The position numbers and the translations under genes were made by a program. From the human T2T-CHM13v2.0 reference genome, Homo sapiens, in NCBI RefSeq assembly GCF_009914755.1, contig NC_060933.1: DNA of 64,000 nt, one strand, 5' to 3'. This document shows positions 12,637-27,170 of this stretch, piece after piece (the stretch's first letter is position 1; each line of letters begins with the position of its first letter). Under the pieces are notes generated by a model, which ran no database searches, was not told where the DNA came from, and saw only the letters and a program-made list of their open reading frames with translations.

Positions 12637-12902
12637 CCGCTTGTGCACCAAACATTGTACTAGTTGCTCTATAACTACTGTATCTTATTAGAAAATAAAG
12701 GGGCTCAAATACAATCCCATTGGCCACACACCCAAGTCTTCTAAGATTATTCCTTGTCCCTTTTTTCGCCTCACCATGCAACTGATTCTTTAAAATGGGA
12801 GTGGAATTTTAGGCAGGAATTGACTAAGTGGGAGTGGTATTGGGATCGTGGCTTGTTTCCATTAGCTTTATCCAAAGGGCCTTTCCTCTCTTTGTCCCCA
12901 TT

Positions 12903-13018
12903 TCATTGCTCATGTCACTCACTTATTCATTTGTTTACCTGTAGTTTCCTGAGCCCCTACTCTGTGCCAGATCCCATGGAGTCAGTGCCCTGGGTCCCTG
13001 CCCTGGAGAAGCTCACCT
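12903..13018 (-). mobile_element. L2 3' end
   Basis: cactcacttattcatttg...ctgagcccctactctgtgccag...gtccctgccctggagaagctcac. Confidence 0.65.
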
Positions 13019-13654
13019 TTGAGGGTGCTGCATCTGTGGGGCTCCAGACAAGAACGCACAGCCCACGCCAAGCCTCCAAATTACAGCAATGTTCTAAGGA
13101 GCAGCTGGGATTTTATTTTTCATTTCCTCAGCACACCAGTCTCTCCACATTTAGTTGATACGCTCTAAAGAACAGGCCCTGACACCTGGGGGTATGTTTT
13201 CGAAAAATGTGTGGACCATATGCATACCTAACATGCAGCAGGGCCATGGAGAAATTGGTACAACGCCGCTTGGCACGAGCCAGCACTTTTTTTTTTTTAA
13301 TTCCTTAACATCTTGCCTACAAATTACATCCTTAAGCACTTCAGAGAGTTGAATCACCCCCAAATGCTTATAGCTTATTTCATTACGCTTTATTTGGGGC
13401 TTTAAAGGAGGGAGACCAGAGAATGTAAGGAACAGTTTAACAGCATCAGGGCTGATTAGGTTGAAGAGCATTCAAAGAAATTTATTTCTATATTCTTTTT
13501 GTTACCAAGATCATGTGTTTCGCTGAAAGCAATCCTGTGACTAACCTCTCACGAGCCCATTAGCCATTGTTTGGCTGCCTCTTATTAATTTTTAAAAAGG
13601 AAAACAGGACAGAGTTAGTGAGCATTCCTAAGGCTGAAGCCAGGGTCAAGCAGG

Positions 13655-13970
13655 CTCTGTTCTAGGAATGAGGAAATTCAGCTTCCAGCCACTCTATTAC
13701 TTCTAAGCAGTGTAACCTCGGCAAACCACTGTACTTCTCTGGGCTTCTGCTGTCACCTTTGTTGAAATGCAACAGCAGTGATGATGTCCATCTCCATAGA
13801 GTTGTACTGGCTACAAAGCCCTGACACATGCATTGTCTTGGGGGCATCCTGTCAGCCATGTGAGCTGTGTGGCCAAAAGCAAGTTAACTGACCTCTCTGC
13901 GTTTCAATTTCCTTGTAAAATGGGGATAAGAACAGAAGAGCAAGTGGGAGGCTCAAATGAGGCAAGGGAT
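13655..13970 (+). mobile_element. Two adjacent MIR fragments
   Basis: gtgtaacctcggcaaaccactgtacttctctgggcttc and gcaagttaactgacctctctgcgtttcaatttccttgtaaaatgggg. Confidence 0.65.
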
Positions 13971-14364
13971 CTCAAATTTCTTTTTAAAAAGTTGTGTAAA
14001 CATTTAGACTCAAGTCTCCCCTTGGCCCCACCTCCCTCTCCATGATCTCCAACATTTCCCCCAGCTTCCCTAAATGAACAAATGCATACTATAGGTAAGA
14101 ACAGTGCATGCTGTGCAAGGGAAGTTTCCAGAAGAGTCTCTTAGCAGCCACTTCCAGCCAAATTGCTTTCCTCAATCCCTCCTGTATAGAAGCAGCCATG
14201 TCGAATCATGCAAATGTTGTCATTATTTTCATCGTCATCATTCACTGTATGATAGACCCCATTATTCTGAATTCTCATGATTCCATGATTTAAAGATTAT
14301 CTTTTGATGATAACCACAGGAGGCTCTAACTCAGGTGGATTGTAATAGGACATAGTATTCCAAC

Positions 14365-14590
14365 AAATAGCTAACATCTGCACCGTGATTTCCAAGAAGC
14401 TTTCACAAGGCATTCACTATTTCAGCCACCTAACAGCCCTCTGTTGTAATTAATTTTATGTCCATTTTACAGATAATGAAACTGAAGCTCAGAGAGGTGA
14501 AGTGACTTGCCCCAAGCAACACAGTAAGTGGCAGATGGCAGATGGGACCCAGGTTTTCAGATTCTAGATCTGGTAACTTTCCACCCCCAT
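14365..14590 (-). mobile_element. MIR SINE
   Basis: ccattttacagataatgaaactgaagctcagagaggtgaagtgacttgccc core. Confidence 0.88.
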
Positions 14591-15229
14591 TCTGCCTCTA
14601 GCGTGGGACAGAGAGGGTCACGTGGTAAAGAAACCTGCCCTGCCCTAGCTCTGCTTCCCACTGCCCCGCCAACCACCACCACCCCCCGACCGGCAACCCT
14701 CATTTGGGGTGGGGGATCCCCACAGCTAGCATTTTGCTTCCCTTCCTGGGAAAAACAAGAGACAGAAGAAAGTGGGAAAGTTCTAGACAGAAGGTTTCTG
14801 CCTATCCCTCATTTTTTTTTTCTTCTGACCACTAAACACAGCTTTTTGGCCTACACTGCCAGAATGGCTCCAACATTTATACATATGAAAGCTTTTTGCT
14901 TCTTACTTTTTTTTAAGGATGGTATGTTTCTCTTTAGGCAAATTCTGAAGCTAGGCCCAAGGCCGTTTACTCTTCACTGTCAGACACACAACTCAACTGG
15001 ATTTCTCAGTTTCCAAAGCTCAATGACCACACCTTGGAAAAACACACGTAAAAGCTCCTGCATTGTTTTACATATTGCTATCAGGAACCAGTTGCTATTA
15101 GGATGATGGAAAAACCATTTTAAACAATACCGCATACAAAGAAAGGAAGGCGTTAACTCTTTTGAGTCCACCCCCTGTGTAGCCCCTGTAAGAGGCTATC
15201 AGTCCTTACAGTATAAGAGAAAGAGACCA

Positions 15230-15665
<436 letters not shown>

Positions 15666-16439
15666 GTTGCAATATGCGCATGTGCACCAGCTATGCACCC
15701 TGAGTCACGTGCTTCCCCCAAAGGCATCTCCACTTCTAGCTGGTTATACCTAAGAGCAGAAGAAAGGACTCTGTTTCCTGCTAAAGGCGGTTTATGTAAA
15801 CTGAGAATTAGGCAGGAGGGATGGGAGAGGTCAAGGAAACCACAGAAATCTCACTAGATCTAGCCACAAATCCCACCTGGAAGGTAAAGGAGAGGTTAAA
15901 CTGAACAGGAGGAGAATGGAGTGAGGAGAAGCCCCAGGAATGGCTTCTCTCCAACCCCTCTGAGAAGCAGTCATCATCCCCATTGCAAGTTCTGCTGCCC
16001 AGCTAGAAAGGGGCACAGTGGACACAGGTTCTATCCACCCAGATTCCTCCAGGCTCTGCCCACCTTCCCCATCTAAGCATGAACCTAGCCTCATCCCACT
16101 GCCCTAACTTTAAACCCCACTAGATTCTAGTTACCAGATATAGAACTGGAAAACCTGGGTCCCATCTGCAATCTGCCACTTACTGTGTGGCTTGGGGAAA
16201 GTCACCTGACCCCAGAGAGCTCCTCCCCACTCCCTGCCCAGTAATCCATGGGCATATGTCAAGAGATGTTAATTTAGTTGGTTTTTTTTCCAATGTTCTC
16301 ACCCACAGCAATGCCCTGGGAAGCATCCTGTGCTTCCTACAGCCCTTCCTCTGACAATGAGATTTATGAAAAGATGCCTGTCATGGAAATATATCTTCTC
16401 AATTTATAAAAAGTATCATTGTTTTACTATGTTTTGCAA

Positions 16440-16660
16440 AATATATCAACATTGCACTTTTTAAGTACTTACTCTGTTCCAGGTATTATGTTTTTAGGTA
16501 TAATTTAAATTCTTTGGTAAATGTTTTATTCTTATTTCCATTCTACAGATGAGGTCAATGAGTGTCACACAGATTAAGTGACTTGTCTAAAGTTGTCCAG
16601 GTAATACCAAGATTCTACCCCAAGTCTTCCAGATGTGATGTCCATGTTCTTTTTAATGCC
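16440..16660 (-). mobile_element. MIR SINE
   Basis: gtacttactctgttccagg...ccattctacagatgagg...gattaagtgacttgtctaaag. Confidence 0.75.
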
Positions 16661-16747
16661 CCCTATGCCATTTCTGGAGTCAGCCGAGAGGGAGGAAACT
16701 TAAATACATGGCACTGAATAATTTTGCAGACTTATGCAAATGATCAT

Positions 16748-17225
16748 TGTATTAGTCTGGGTTATCTCACCAGCAGATACCAGGACAAGATGAAAGGTGC
16801 CAGAAATGTGTTACAGGAAACATCCGCAAGAAAAAAAAATGGCAAGAGAGTCAGGGAAACATGGAAGAGCCATAAGCACATCAGATATCAGATCACAATG
16901 CAGATCTGATCCTGACTGAAGAGAAAAGGGAAGGAAGGAGAGAGGGAATACTGGGTAGAAGTATCTCAGATGCCATTCAGGCCTAAGAAAAGTTTGACCA
17001 GGCCATTTCAGGGAGTCCTCAGGCCAAAGCAGCACATCAAGGCATTTCCCATCACCCAGAAACAGGCTCCGTTTAGTATCTATACCAAGCTGAGTCACTG
17101 GCTAAGAGAAACCTGTGTAAAGTATGGCTTCAGCATGAATGCAGTGATGAACTTCAGAGAAGCTGGGCCCTTGGTTGATCACATTCCTATAGTCAGAGAG
17201 GCTCCTTCTCATGGCTGCCATGACA
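16748..17225 (-). mobile_element. ERVL solo LTR (LTR16-like)
   Basis: TG...CA ends (tgtattagtctgggtt...catggctgccatgaca); cagatcacaatgcagatctga and gggagtcctcaggccaaag motifs. Confidence 0.6.
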
Positions 17226-17563
17226 ATTTTCTACAGAATCATGTAAAATATTTAGAACTCTTTCGAAACACTTGTGGTTTCATTCATAAATCTGGTTAGA
17301 CATTTTGCCATTTTTGGAAATATAAAAATAGCCAATATAATAAAATAAAGCCCTTATAAGAGACATGGATTCATCACAGAAGACAATTCAAGATATCCTG
17401 TATATGAAAAAACCCAACTCTGATAAGAATACAGAATGTAGATGATAATAGAGTTCTGTGATGGGTGGATGTCTCCTTTCCCATCCTAACCAGCTCAAAT
17501 GGAGTATTCCTGTTTCTGATGTGCCTGAAGGGCTAGTTCATCAAACAAACTGTGAAGGATCAT

Positions 17564-18108
17564 TATAGCAGACAGACCCTAGGGTGACCCCCAATCCTTG
17601 GTGTTCACACTCTTTGATACCCTTCCTGAGTGTGAAGGGGCCCTGTGACTTGCTTCTCACCAATAGAATAAGGCAAAAGCTATGAGATGTCACTCCCGTG
17701 ATTATATTATGGTGTAAGACTCTGTCTACTTTGTCAAGGCCAGCAGGGTCACGCATGCTTCCTGCTGCCCTTGACAAAGCCAGCTGCTATACTGTGAACT
17801 GCCTACGGAGAGGGTCATGTGGTAGGAAACTTGGACAGCCTAGAGAAGTGAAGCTTTTGGTTCCCCTAAGCCAGAAGGAAACAAATTCTGCCAACAATCC
17901 AATGAGCTTAGAAGCGAATTCTTCCCCAGTTGAGCCTCCTGATGAGAATTCAGCCCAACTGACAGCTTGATTGCTCCTTTATGAGACCCTGAACAGAGGA
18001 ACCAGGGCCAGACAGCTGACCCACATAAACTGTAAGATAATACATGCATGTTTTCTAAACCACTAAGTTTTATGGTAATTTGTTACACAGCAACACATAA
18101 CTAACACA
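17564..18108 (+). mobile_element. MaLR solo LTR (MLT1E/F-like)
   Basis: cctgtgacttgcttctcaccaatagaataaggcaaaag...ccagttgagcctcctgatgagaattcagccc...gtaatttgttacacagcaacacataactaacaca. Confidence 0.9.
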
Positions 18109-18619
18109 GATGTAAATATGCTTTGTTTTGGGCACTGTTCTAAGCACAGCAGTCATATTAAGCTTGGTTTGGCTAAGAACTCAGTCCTAAGTAGGGATAT
18201 TGGGAGGTGAACTAGTTAAACAGAGATGATAGTTATACCTAAACTACAATATAATTTACAAAGTGATAGACTTATAAACAAATTTCTGAGGGCATGTTGC
18301 CACAGAAGCAATTATTTCTACCTAGGGAGTTAGGAAAGGCATTACAGACACAACATCTAAACTGAGAAGGAAGTTCTAACACAGTGAAATCATTTCACAT
18401 TCACAGGAAGTACTACACTGTGGGTTAAAATAATAGCATTCTTGACACAATGGATATTTGTTTTTAATGTCCACTGAAACTCTAAGAGAAACAGTTTCTT
18501 CATCATGAAAGAATGTCATAATTAAGAATATTTTTATATTGGACTTTTTACTCTGCATCCCCAGCTTAGCAAAAGACACACCTGTACCTCTCCTCCTACA
18601 TAGAGTGTGAAAGAATTGC

Positions 18620-18810
18620 TTGCGTGCAAAACACAGAGAAATGAAACAGCTGTTGGCGACGTCACTGAGGAGGGTTTCCTTCACCCAACTGCCTGTCTCC
18701 ATGGCAACTGTCAGCCACAGGCTGCAAACAGTTACCTCGGTTGCATTACACATCCCTACAAACTCCCACAAAGGGAATCCTTGTTGATCTCTTAGTCTCC
18801 ATGGTATCTG
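18620..18810. promoter_or_regulatory. Candidate enhancer/promoter: two RFX X-boxes, near-CRE and E-box
   Basis: GTCTCCATGGCAAC 18695-18708, GTCTCCATGGTATC 18795-18808, CGACGTCA 18657-18664, CAGCTG 18647-18652 in repeat-free DNA with retained CpGs; motif evidence only. Confidence 0.45.
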
Positions 18811-19375
18811 TTTCTGCCATGATCTTTGACGTTCTCTAAGCGTGTGTGTACATGCATGTATGTATATTAATGTGTGCACTGAAGCTTAGCGCATGCTGCC
18901 CTTTGCTCTTGATGGGAGCCAAAACATGCTTGAGGAGTGACTAGTGTAATCTTTGTGATGAAAATGATATAGTAATCCTTGCCCCAGTGAAAGGTCTGTG
19001 GTTGCTCATAGGATCAGCTGAAAAATTCCTTCAGATTGACTGATGGGAATGCAGTATGACTGAGTCTCCCTAGAGAAGAGTACATCTGCAGGCACTAAAA
19101 CTACTCTTAAATTTTGGACTTGACAGAAAAATAACTCATAACGGGTCAGTTTTGCTCAGTTTCCAAAGGCAGTCACCTTTGGAATGGAAAGTAGTGTGCA
19201 TATGCACGACATTTACTCTAAATGACTAACATTTACAGCCTTGAGGGTGCAGCCGTCTCATCCAGAAGACCAGAAGACTGAACAAGAGTGTCATCATTGG
19301 AAACATTTCTAAATGTTACAGTTGTATTTCTATTTGGATGCTGGGGAATCAGCACCATTACAATTTGGGAGCCAT

Positions 19376-19527
19376 CAGTGTTTCTCAAACTTTGAATACA
19401 AATGGCTCTGCGGGTCTTGTGAAAATGCAGGTTCTGATTCAGTGTGTGAGGCTGGATATTCTGCACTTGTAACATGCCCCCAGGTGATGCTAACGATGCT
19501 GATCCAGGGGCCACCGAGCTGTGAGGC
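19376..19527. mobile_element. MER5A-type hAT-Charlie element
   Basis: cagtgtttctcaaacttt...cttgtgaaaatgcaggttctgattcagt...ccccaggtgatgct. Confidence 0.85.
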
Positions 19528-19664
19528 TCTAAGGAGTTTTCACTGTGATTGGGGCATACAAAGATTACAGTAAGGAATCTCAGTAATGACACAATTTATG
19601 TAGAACACCACACACAGCCCCTTGCATGGAACAAGTACTTGATAAATGTTGTTTCCCTCCTTTG

Positions 19665-19880
19665 CAAAATGTTTCCATCCTCATTAGTTCATTGGACTGT
19701 CGCACAACCTTTCTAGGTAGTTGAGGCAGAAACTGGGCATAACCTCCATTTTAAAGATAAGAAAACTGAATTTTAGGGAGGTGAAAAATTTGCTCAAATT
19801 TATGGAGCTAATGGGGCAAAGTCAGGAATTGAACCTTTGTCCTCTAATTTCCAGACCTGTGTTCTTTCCATCCCATCATA
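19665..19880 (-). mobile_element. MIR SINE
   Basis: ctccattttaaagataagaaaactgaattttagggaggtgaaaaatttgctcaa. Confidence 0.75.
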
Positions 19881-21271
19881 CTGAGACTTCATATCCACAT
19901 TAGGAATGTCACCTAATTGATTCAAGATGAAGACCATCCCGTTTTATTTTTGAAACCCAGAAAAAACCCTGAAATCAAAACCTGGCACAGACACTACTCC
20001 CAAAAAAGCTCTATAGGCCAATCTCAAAAACATAGAAGCAAAAATCCTAAATAAAATATTATCAAATCAAACCCAGCCGTGTATTTGAAGAATAATACAG
20101 AATGACTAAGTAGAGTTTATTCCAGGAATGTAGGATAGTTTAATATGAGGAACTATATTAACATAATTCATCACATCAACAGGTCAAAGGAGAAAAACCA
20201 CATGATCACTGCAAAAGATGCCAAAAAGACATCTGATAAAATCCAATCATTCAAGATAAAAAAAAAAAAAAAACTGGGAATTGAAATCTACTTCTTTAAC
20301 ATGAGAAAGAAAAACTATCTGAAAGCAACACCCAGTAATCTGCTTAACTGTGAAACACCAGGAAGAACTGCCAACCCTCACTCGTATTTTTTTCACCTTG
20401 TTTTAGAAGTTTTAATCAATGCAATAAGACAGGAAAAATAAATAAGTGACAGAAATAGTTTAAAGGAGGAAATCAGATTATAATTATTTTCAGATGCTAA
20501 GATTTCTCTCCTAGAAAAATCCCAGGGAATTTATTTTAGAAGTACTGAAAAGAGTTCAATGGGATCAGCAAGATCAGTAATGACTAGTTAGAAAACAGTA
20601 TTTTGAAAAGACTCCATTTAAACTAAGGAAACAAAATCACTGAAATATCTACGAACAAACTTAGAAAGTAATATTCAATGAACTTAAGAATTTTACAGTG
20701 AAGCATAAAGGAAGGATTGAATAAATGGAGAGAAATTCCATGCTTCTGGATGAGGAGTCAGGCTGTGTAAAGCCGGTCAGCCTTCACATTAATTTACAGA
20801 CGTACTTCTTTTTGAATCAAAATTACAATGATATTGTTGGAACTTGAGAAAATAATTCTTAAGTTCAGCTATAATAGAAAAATGAATGTGTGAGAACTGT
20901 CAAGAAAATATTGAAACAGAAAGATACATGAATAAATTTGCTCTACCAGATTTTAACATGTACTATAAAGCTACACTAAAATATTGCTGTAAAGGTGCCA
21001 GAAGAGAAAGATAGATCAAAGTAGCAGAAAAGAAAGCTCAGAGAGGGCCCCAAGTAGAACTACTTAAGAATTTATTAAATGACAAAAATAACATTTATGT
21101 TCCATGGAAAATTTTGTTGAACTAATGGATTAGCTATGTGAAAGTGAATTAAGTCACACGTTTGGCTTACTTCATAGACCAAAATAAGCTACAGTTGGAT
21201 TCAAGAGTCAATGTTTTTAAAGAAATCATAAATAGAATACATATTTTTGATGTATTTATCTGTATGTCTGT

Positions 21272-21423
21272 GTGTATATATATAGCATTTGTAATCTATA
21301 TATACACAGATATCATAAATAGAATATATATTTTTAGAATATACACATTGTAAATATAATAAATAGTATATTTATTTATACATGTATATATATATACACA
21401 CACACACAGACACTCACACACAT
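21272..21423. repeat. AT-rich low complexity with (TA)n(CA)n microsatellite
   Basis: gtatatatatatacacacacacacagacactcacacacat at 21384-21423. Confidence 0.85.
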
Positions 21424-22105
21424 AAGGTCTCCTTAACAAAGTCAGAAAACTTAAGGAGAAATACTGATACACAGAACTATCAGAAAATAAAGAGCATTTG
21501 TACTGAAGAGAAAAAACAGTGACAAACTAGAAAACTTAAAACATATATGATAGGTAAGGAATTAATATCTTTAATATATTTAGAAGATTTTATAGTGCAA
21601 TGAGAAAAGGAATAGCCCTACCTTATAAAAATGGGAAAACTATATGGAACCAATTCCCAAAACAATAAATATAGTCAGTAAATTATATGAACAAATGTTC
21701 AACTCTATTATTAATCAAAACCATTCAAATTAAAAGTTTAAGATGAGGTATGTTTTCCTTAAAGTTGGCAAAGACTATAACTCATTGAAGGCGTTTAGAA
21801 ATTGACACTCTTGTTCACTGCTAAGAACATAATAATTAGTACGCACTTTTTGAAAGGCAATCAGCAGTGTATCTCACAAGTCTTGAGATATGGGTAGTCT
21901 TACACCAAGCAGTTCCATCTCTACAGATTACCCCTCAAAATTTCATGAAATACGAGATATATGTAAGTAAGTACAAGATATATGTAGGAGCATATTATAG
22001 TGTTATTTATAATAAAATCTATTAATGCTTTAAAACAGAGAATTAAATAAGTCAATTATGGTAAAATCTATTCAATGGACTGCAATGAAGCCACTGAGTC
22101 ATTGA

Positions 22106-22469
<364 letters not shown>

Positions 22470-23290
22470 GGTGAGGTATTAAATAACAGTATGCACTGTT
22501 TGATAGTATTTTGACAAAATACAGACACACAGGAAAAAACTGAAACGTTTATAGTGATTATCTTAAAGTCATTGAATAGTAAGTGATCTGTTTATTTTTC
22601 CATTTGTTTTCCTGCGTTCTGACATTCTGGAACACCAAGCATGAATTGCTTTTGTAATAACCACAAAAATTGTATGCTCGCACATGCATCTTGTTTTAAA
22701 GAGACAACCAGGAGTGACCATTTCATTCTGAGGAGAAGAGTGACACAAGCTAAGTTGAGCATAGGAAAATTTGTTCTCACTGCTGGGAGTGTGTTAGGCC
22801 AAAGGAGTGAACACTTGAAAAGAAGATGCACTGTGAATTCTGCTAGTGCAATTGCAGAGTAAGATATTTAGGGCACAGCCCAGAGAAGGCTACCAGGTTG
22901 AAGCAGGTGAGATCCAGGAAGCCAGTTGAAGGTGAATCATCAGGAAGAAGTGGTAGAGAAATAAAGATGTTGCCGCCTGTGGGGAGTGAGGGTGGGGTAA
23001 GCCCTAAGGACAAAGGGCTGGTGATGTCAGTGTAGCCACAAGGAAGCAGGTGGGCAGGAATGCAGAAACAGATCATCTTTGTGTGGACGCAGCCGCAGAA
23101 GTGGACCCTGAACGTGACGACGGGCAGGGCAGAAGCTTTGCTTGGGATGGAGGTTCACAGTTTCTCTAGAACACTTCCTCTCATGTGAATTTTTTTTTTT
23201 TTTTTTGCCATTTAAAAAATTATGAATAGCCTTTACTTTTTTAGAGCAGTTTTAGGTTGACAGAAAAAAATTGTACAAAAAATATGGGGG

Positions 23291-23584
23291 CACCAGGCGC
23301 AGTGGCTCACTCCTGTAATCCCAACACTTTGGGAGGCCAAGGGGGGGTGCTGATCACTTGAGTCCAGGAGTTCAAGACCAGCCTAGGCAACATAGGGAGA
23401 CCCCCATCTCTATAAAAAAATACACAAAAAAATTAGCCAGGCGTGGTGACACACACCTGTGGTACTAGCTCCTCGGGAGGATCACCTGAGCCCGGGAGGC
23501 AGAGGTTGCAGTGAGCTGAGATCATGCCACTGCAACTTCAGCCTGGGCAACAGAGACCCCCATCTCAATAATAAATAAATAAAT
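23291..23584 (+). mobile_element. AluJ with small internal deletion
   Basis: cacttgagtccaggagttcaagaccagcctaggcaacatagggagaccc (J-type); ctcgggagg|atcacc deletion between GGGAGG repeats; (AAAT)n tail. Confidence 0.92.
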
Positions 23585-25069
23585 AGCCAGTCAGTCAGCA
23601 TTCATTTTAAAGGTACCCACTGGATGCAAAATATTACCCCAAAACCCAGTTCCAAACCTAAGCTCAAGGCCCTCCACCAGTCCCTTCACATAAGATAGTT
23701 TTTCTCATGAATGTTGAGGAACTAGAATCCTTCAAGTACCGCAGGTGAAACTATTTGGTGTCCTTGGTAAATTTTTTTTATATTCTTGACTTGAAGTGGC
23801 AGCAAAATGTACTCAGAAGATGATGAGATGCTGGTTCCAAAAGCTGGAATTTGAATCTTAACTTTGTCCTGGTTATTTACTATGTAAACTGATGATAATA
23901 ATAACCTTGGCTCATAGGTTTGCTGTAAACAGGTAAAGTGAAAGAAAGCCTAACACATAGTAGGCATTCAGTAAATACTCTTTTCCTTGCATTAATACAG
24001 CATCTCAAGTTTTAGAATATCTGCCACAGGCAAGATTCCAGATGTGCAAAGCACGTTAATGACCTCAGATTTCATTTTACAAGATTTGTATCTGGACCTT
24101 GGGTAGTAACTTCGGTAGAGAAGGTGTTAGATTTTATTTTCTCACCTAATTTCTTTTGCATATATGTCCTTCAAAAGCCAAATTGCTAGTTAAAAAGCAA
24201 CTCCTTCTAGAGGCTTGCTTCGTATCATATGACAATGAGAGAGCTTGAGAATAAAGTTCAAACCTATTTTAGCTAGCGATGAGTTTGAGGGATTTGTCAG
24301 TTGCCTAAACAAGAACATCAGGAAAACTGACGGCCTGTTAGTGATGCACAGCCCAGCCTTTCAGCCAGGTTAGGAACAAAAGCATTGGCCGTAAGGACCT
24401 AATTTACCACTGGAAAAGAAAGCAAATATGTTACTAATGAAAGAATAAATCACTTTCAGAAAAGCAATGACTTCATTTTCTCTCAGGGGTGCTGAATATA
24501 GTATTTTTCCTGTAAACTGTACCCATAAGGCAGTTCATGAGCATCCTAGGGGAGAGGCCAGATGCAATTCTCCACAGGCCTGGAGCACTGTTCTGTTAGC
24601 AGAGCAGCAAATGCCTCAGTGACCTGAAATTCAGAGCCCTGTCTGTGGGCAGAGGAGGCTGTCCATCCTGGTGGAGCATAGCTTGGAGAACAGCTGTCCT
24701 CTGGACCTTCAACATCTTCTAACTGTAACAAGAACTAGCCCAAATACAGATGAGCACACATCATGCTGTGCGTGGTCTTCTGAGGAAATACATCTCCTCT
24801 GTGGAGTGATTAAGCCACAAACTCCATAGAGGTCAGGAGTGAGCAAGGAGAGGGAGGGAAATGATTAGGGGGAAAGGGAGGAAGGCAGCTGGATGTTGGG
24901 ATGGAGAGAGCTAGACGCATGAGAAGATCCAACAGTAGGAGAAGCTATACAAAGGACAAATGAGTTGTGCTGAAACTGCTAGAGGGATCTGGTTGTGAGG
25001 GGAATGGTGTGAGACAGCCAAGGGCAATGGGGAGAACGTGGGATATGGCGGCAGAAGACCACCCACACA

Positions 25070-25232
25070 TCCTAGTGGCTGTGTTACCTTGAAAAACTCA
25101 CTGGACTTCTCTGAGCCTGTGCTTCCTCCTATGTAAAACAAGGATGTTGATCATCCATCACAAAGCTGGAATAAACACTAAAAGAGATGATATATGCTAA
25201 ACCAAAAAGCCTGTATGAATGTTAGCTGCTTA
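25070..25232 (+). mobile_element. MIR SINE
   Basis: ctgtgttaccttgaaaaactcactggacttctctgagcctgtgcttcctcctatgtaaaacaagg. Confidence 0.78.
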
Positions 25233-25244
25233 ATCATTACAGAG

Positions 25245-25405
25245 TGGCATTCATTCTTTCATTAAACATTCACTGGGTGTTTTCTATAGGCCAAACCCTG
25301 TGCTTAGTGGATGACACAAAGATGAATTGTTCAAAAGTAACAAGACAAAAGCCCTGCCATTTAGGAGCTCCAAATCTAGAGGAACAGACAGAGAAGGAAA
25401 CACTG
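25245..25405 (-). mobile_element. L2 3' end
   Basis: cattcattctttcattaaacattcactgggtgttttctataggccaaaccctgtgctt. Confidence 0.7.
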
Positions 25406-25421
25406 TGGAAACGCTATCATG

Positions 25422-25558
25422 CAGGGAGCAGCAAATCTCTTCTGTTAAGGACAAGATAGTAAATATTTTAGGTAGGCACTGTCTCATCTACTCTGCGGGT
25501 GTAGTCAAAGAGCAGCCACAGGCAATATGTAAAGGAATGAACGTGGCCGTGTTCCAAA
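25422..25558. mobile_element. MER58A-like hAT-Charlie fragment
   Basis: cagcaaatctcttctgttaaggacaagatagtaaatattttagg...gcagccacaggcaatatgtaaaggaatgaacgtggccgtgttccaa. Confidence 0.75.
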
Positions 25559-25648
25559 GGAAGAGGGGTGGGGGCAAGTCCAGAAAGGGAGGTAGGCCTG
25601 GATTTTGCAGAGCTCTAGAGGCTATGTTAAGTCTTAGATTTTATCCTA

Positions 25649-26122
<474 letters not shown>

Positions 26123-26139
26123 AGAAAGTTTCCTGTGCT

Positions 26140-26482
<343 letters not shown>

Positions 26483-26739
26483 TCAGCATATTAAAGACTC
26501 TCAGAGTTCTCCAAGAAAAGAAATCCATTTAGTTTTATTAAACTTTTCACATTTACTTGACTAGAGAAATCTTTTTCTCAAAGAACACGTAACACAAGCC
26601 CCTGTGTTGCATGGTGTGTGCAATTTGGGAAACACTAGCCCATGGTTCAAAAGCAAACTCTTCAGGAGCACGTTCATAGCCATGATCTGCCTCCTGACTC
26701 CCTCTCCAGCCTCCCTGCCAGCTATTCTTAAACACTCGG

Positions 26740-27170
26740 GACTCTACCAACACCAAGCCACTGGTGGCTCCCTAAATACACTCTGCTATCTATCTCATGC
26801 CTCCTTGTAATTACATGATCAATTCAATGTGCCCAGAATGTTCTTCCTTGTCCACCTGCTGAACTCCTTGATCTTAATAGTCCAGCTCAAGAAGTTCTCC
26901 TTTGTGAGATCCCGAACACCACCTCTCTCTGAACCCATTCTGCCTTACACAAGACACACACGTATGCACATGTGCACACACACACACATACACAGGGCAC
27001 TATTCCCTTCTCCATATCACTTTGTTGCTAAATTCTGTCACAATTCATATTGTATTATATTGTAAATATTCATCTACCTGTTTGTATCTGCATTACAAGA
27101 CCATTCCGGTGTCTGGCCAGTACCAGATACTCCATAGATGATGTTTAAATGGATAAATTCATTCATTGAT
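26740..27170 (+). mobile_element. L2 fragment with internal (CA)n
   Basis: gcccagaatgttcttccttgtccacctgctgaactcc...gtccagctcaag; CA repeats at about 26954-26993. Confidence 0.6.

Noticed and set aside
13050-13620. Repeat-free block with SOX and homeodomain motifs as a conserved enhancer
   Set aside because: Conservation cannot be judged from one sequence and the motifs are short and common
14528-15106. 192-aa ORF, the longest non-L1 ORF
   Set aside because: Starts at a GTG inside a MIR, runs through low-complexity and T-rich sequence, and has no recognisable domain or exon structure
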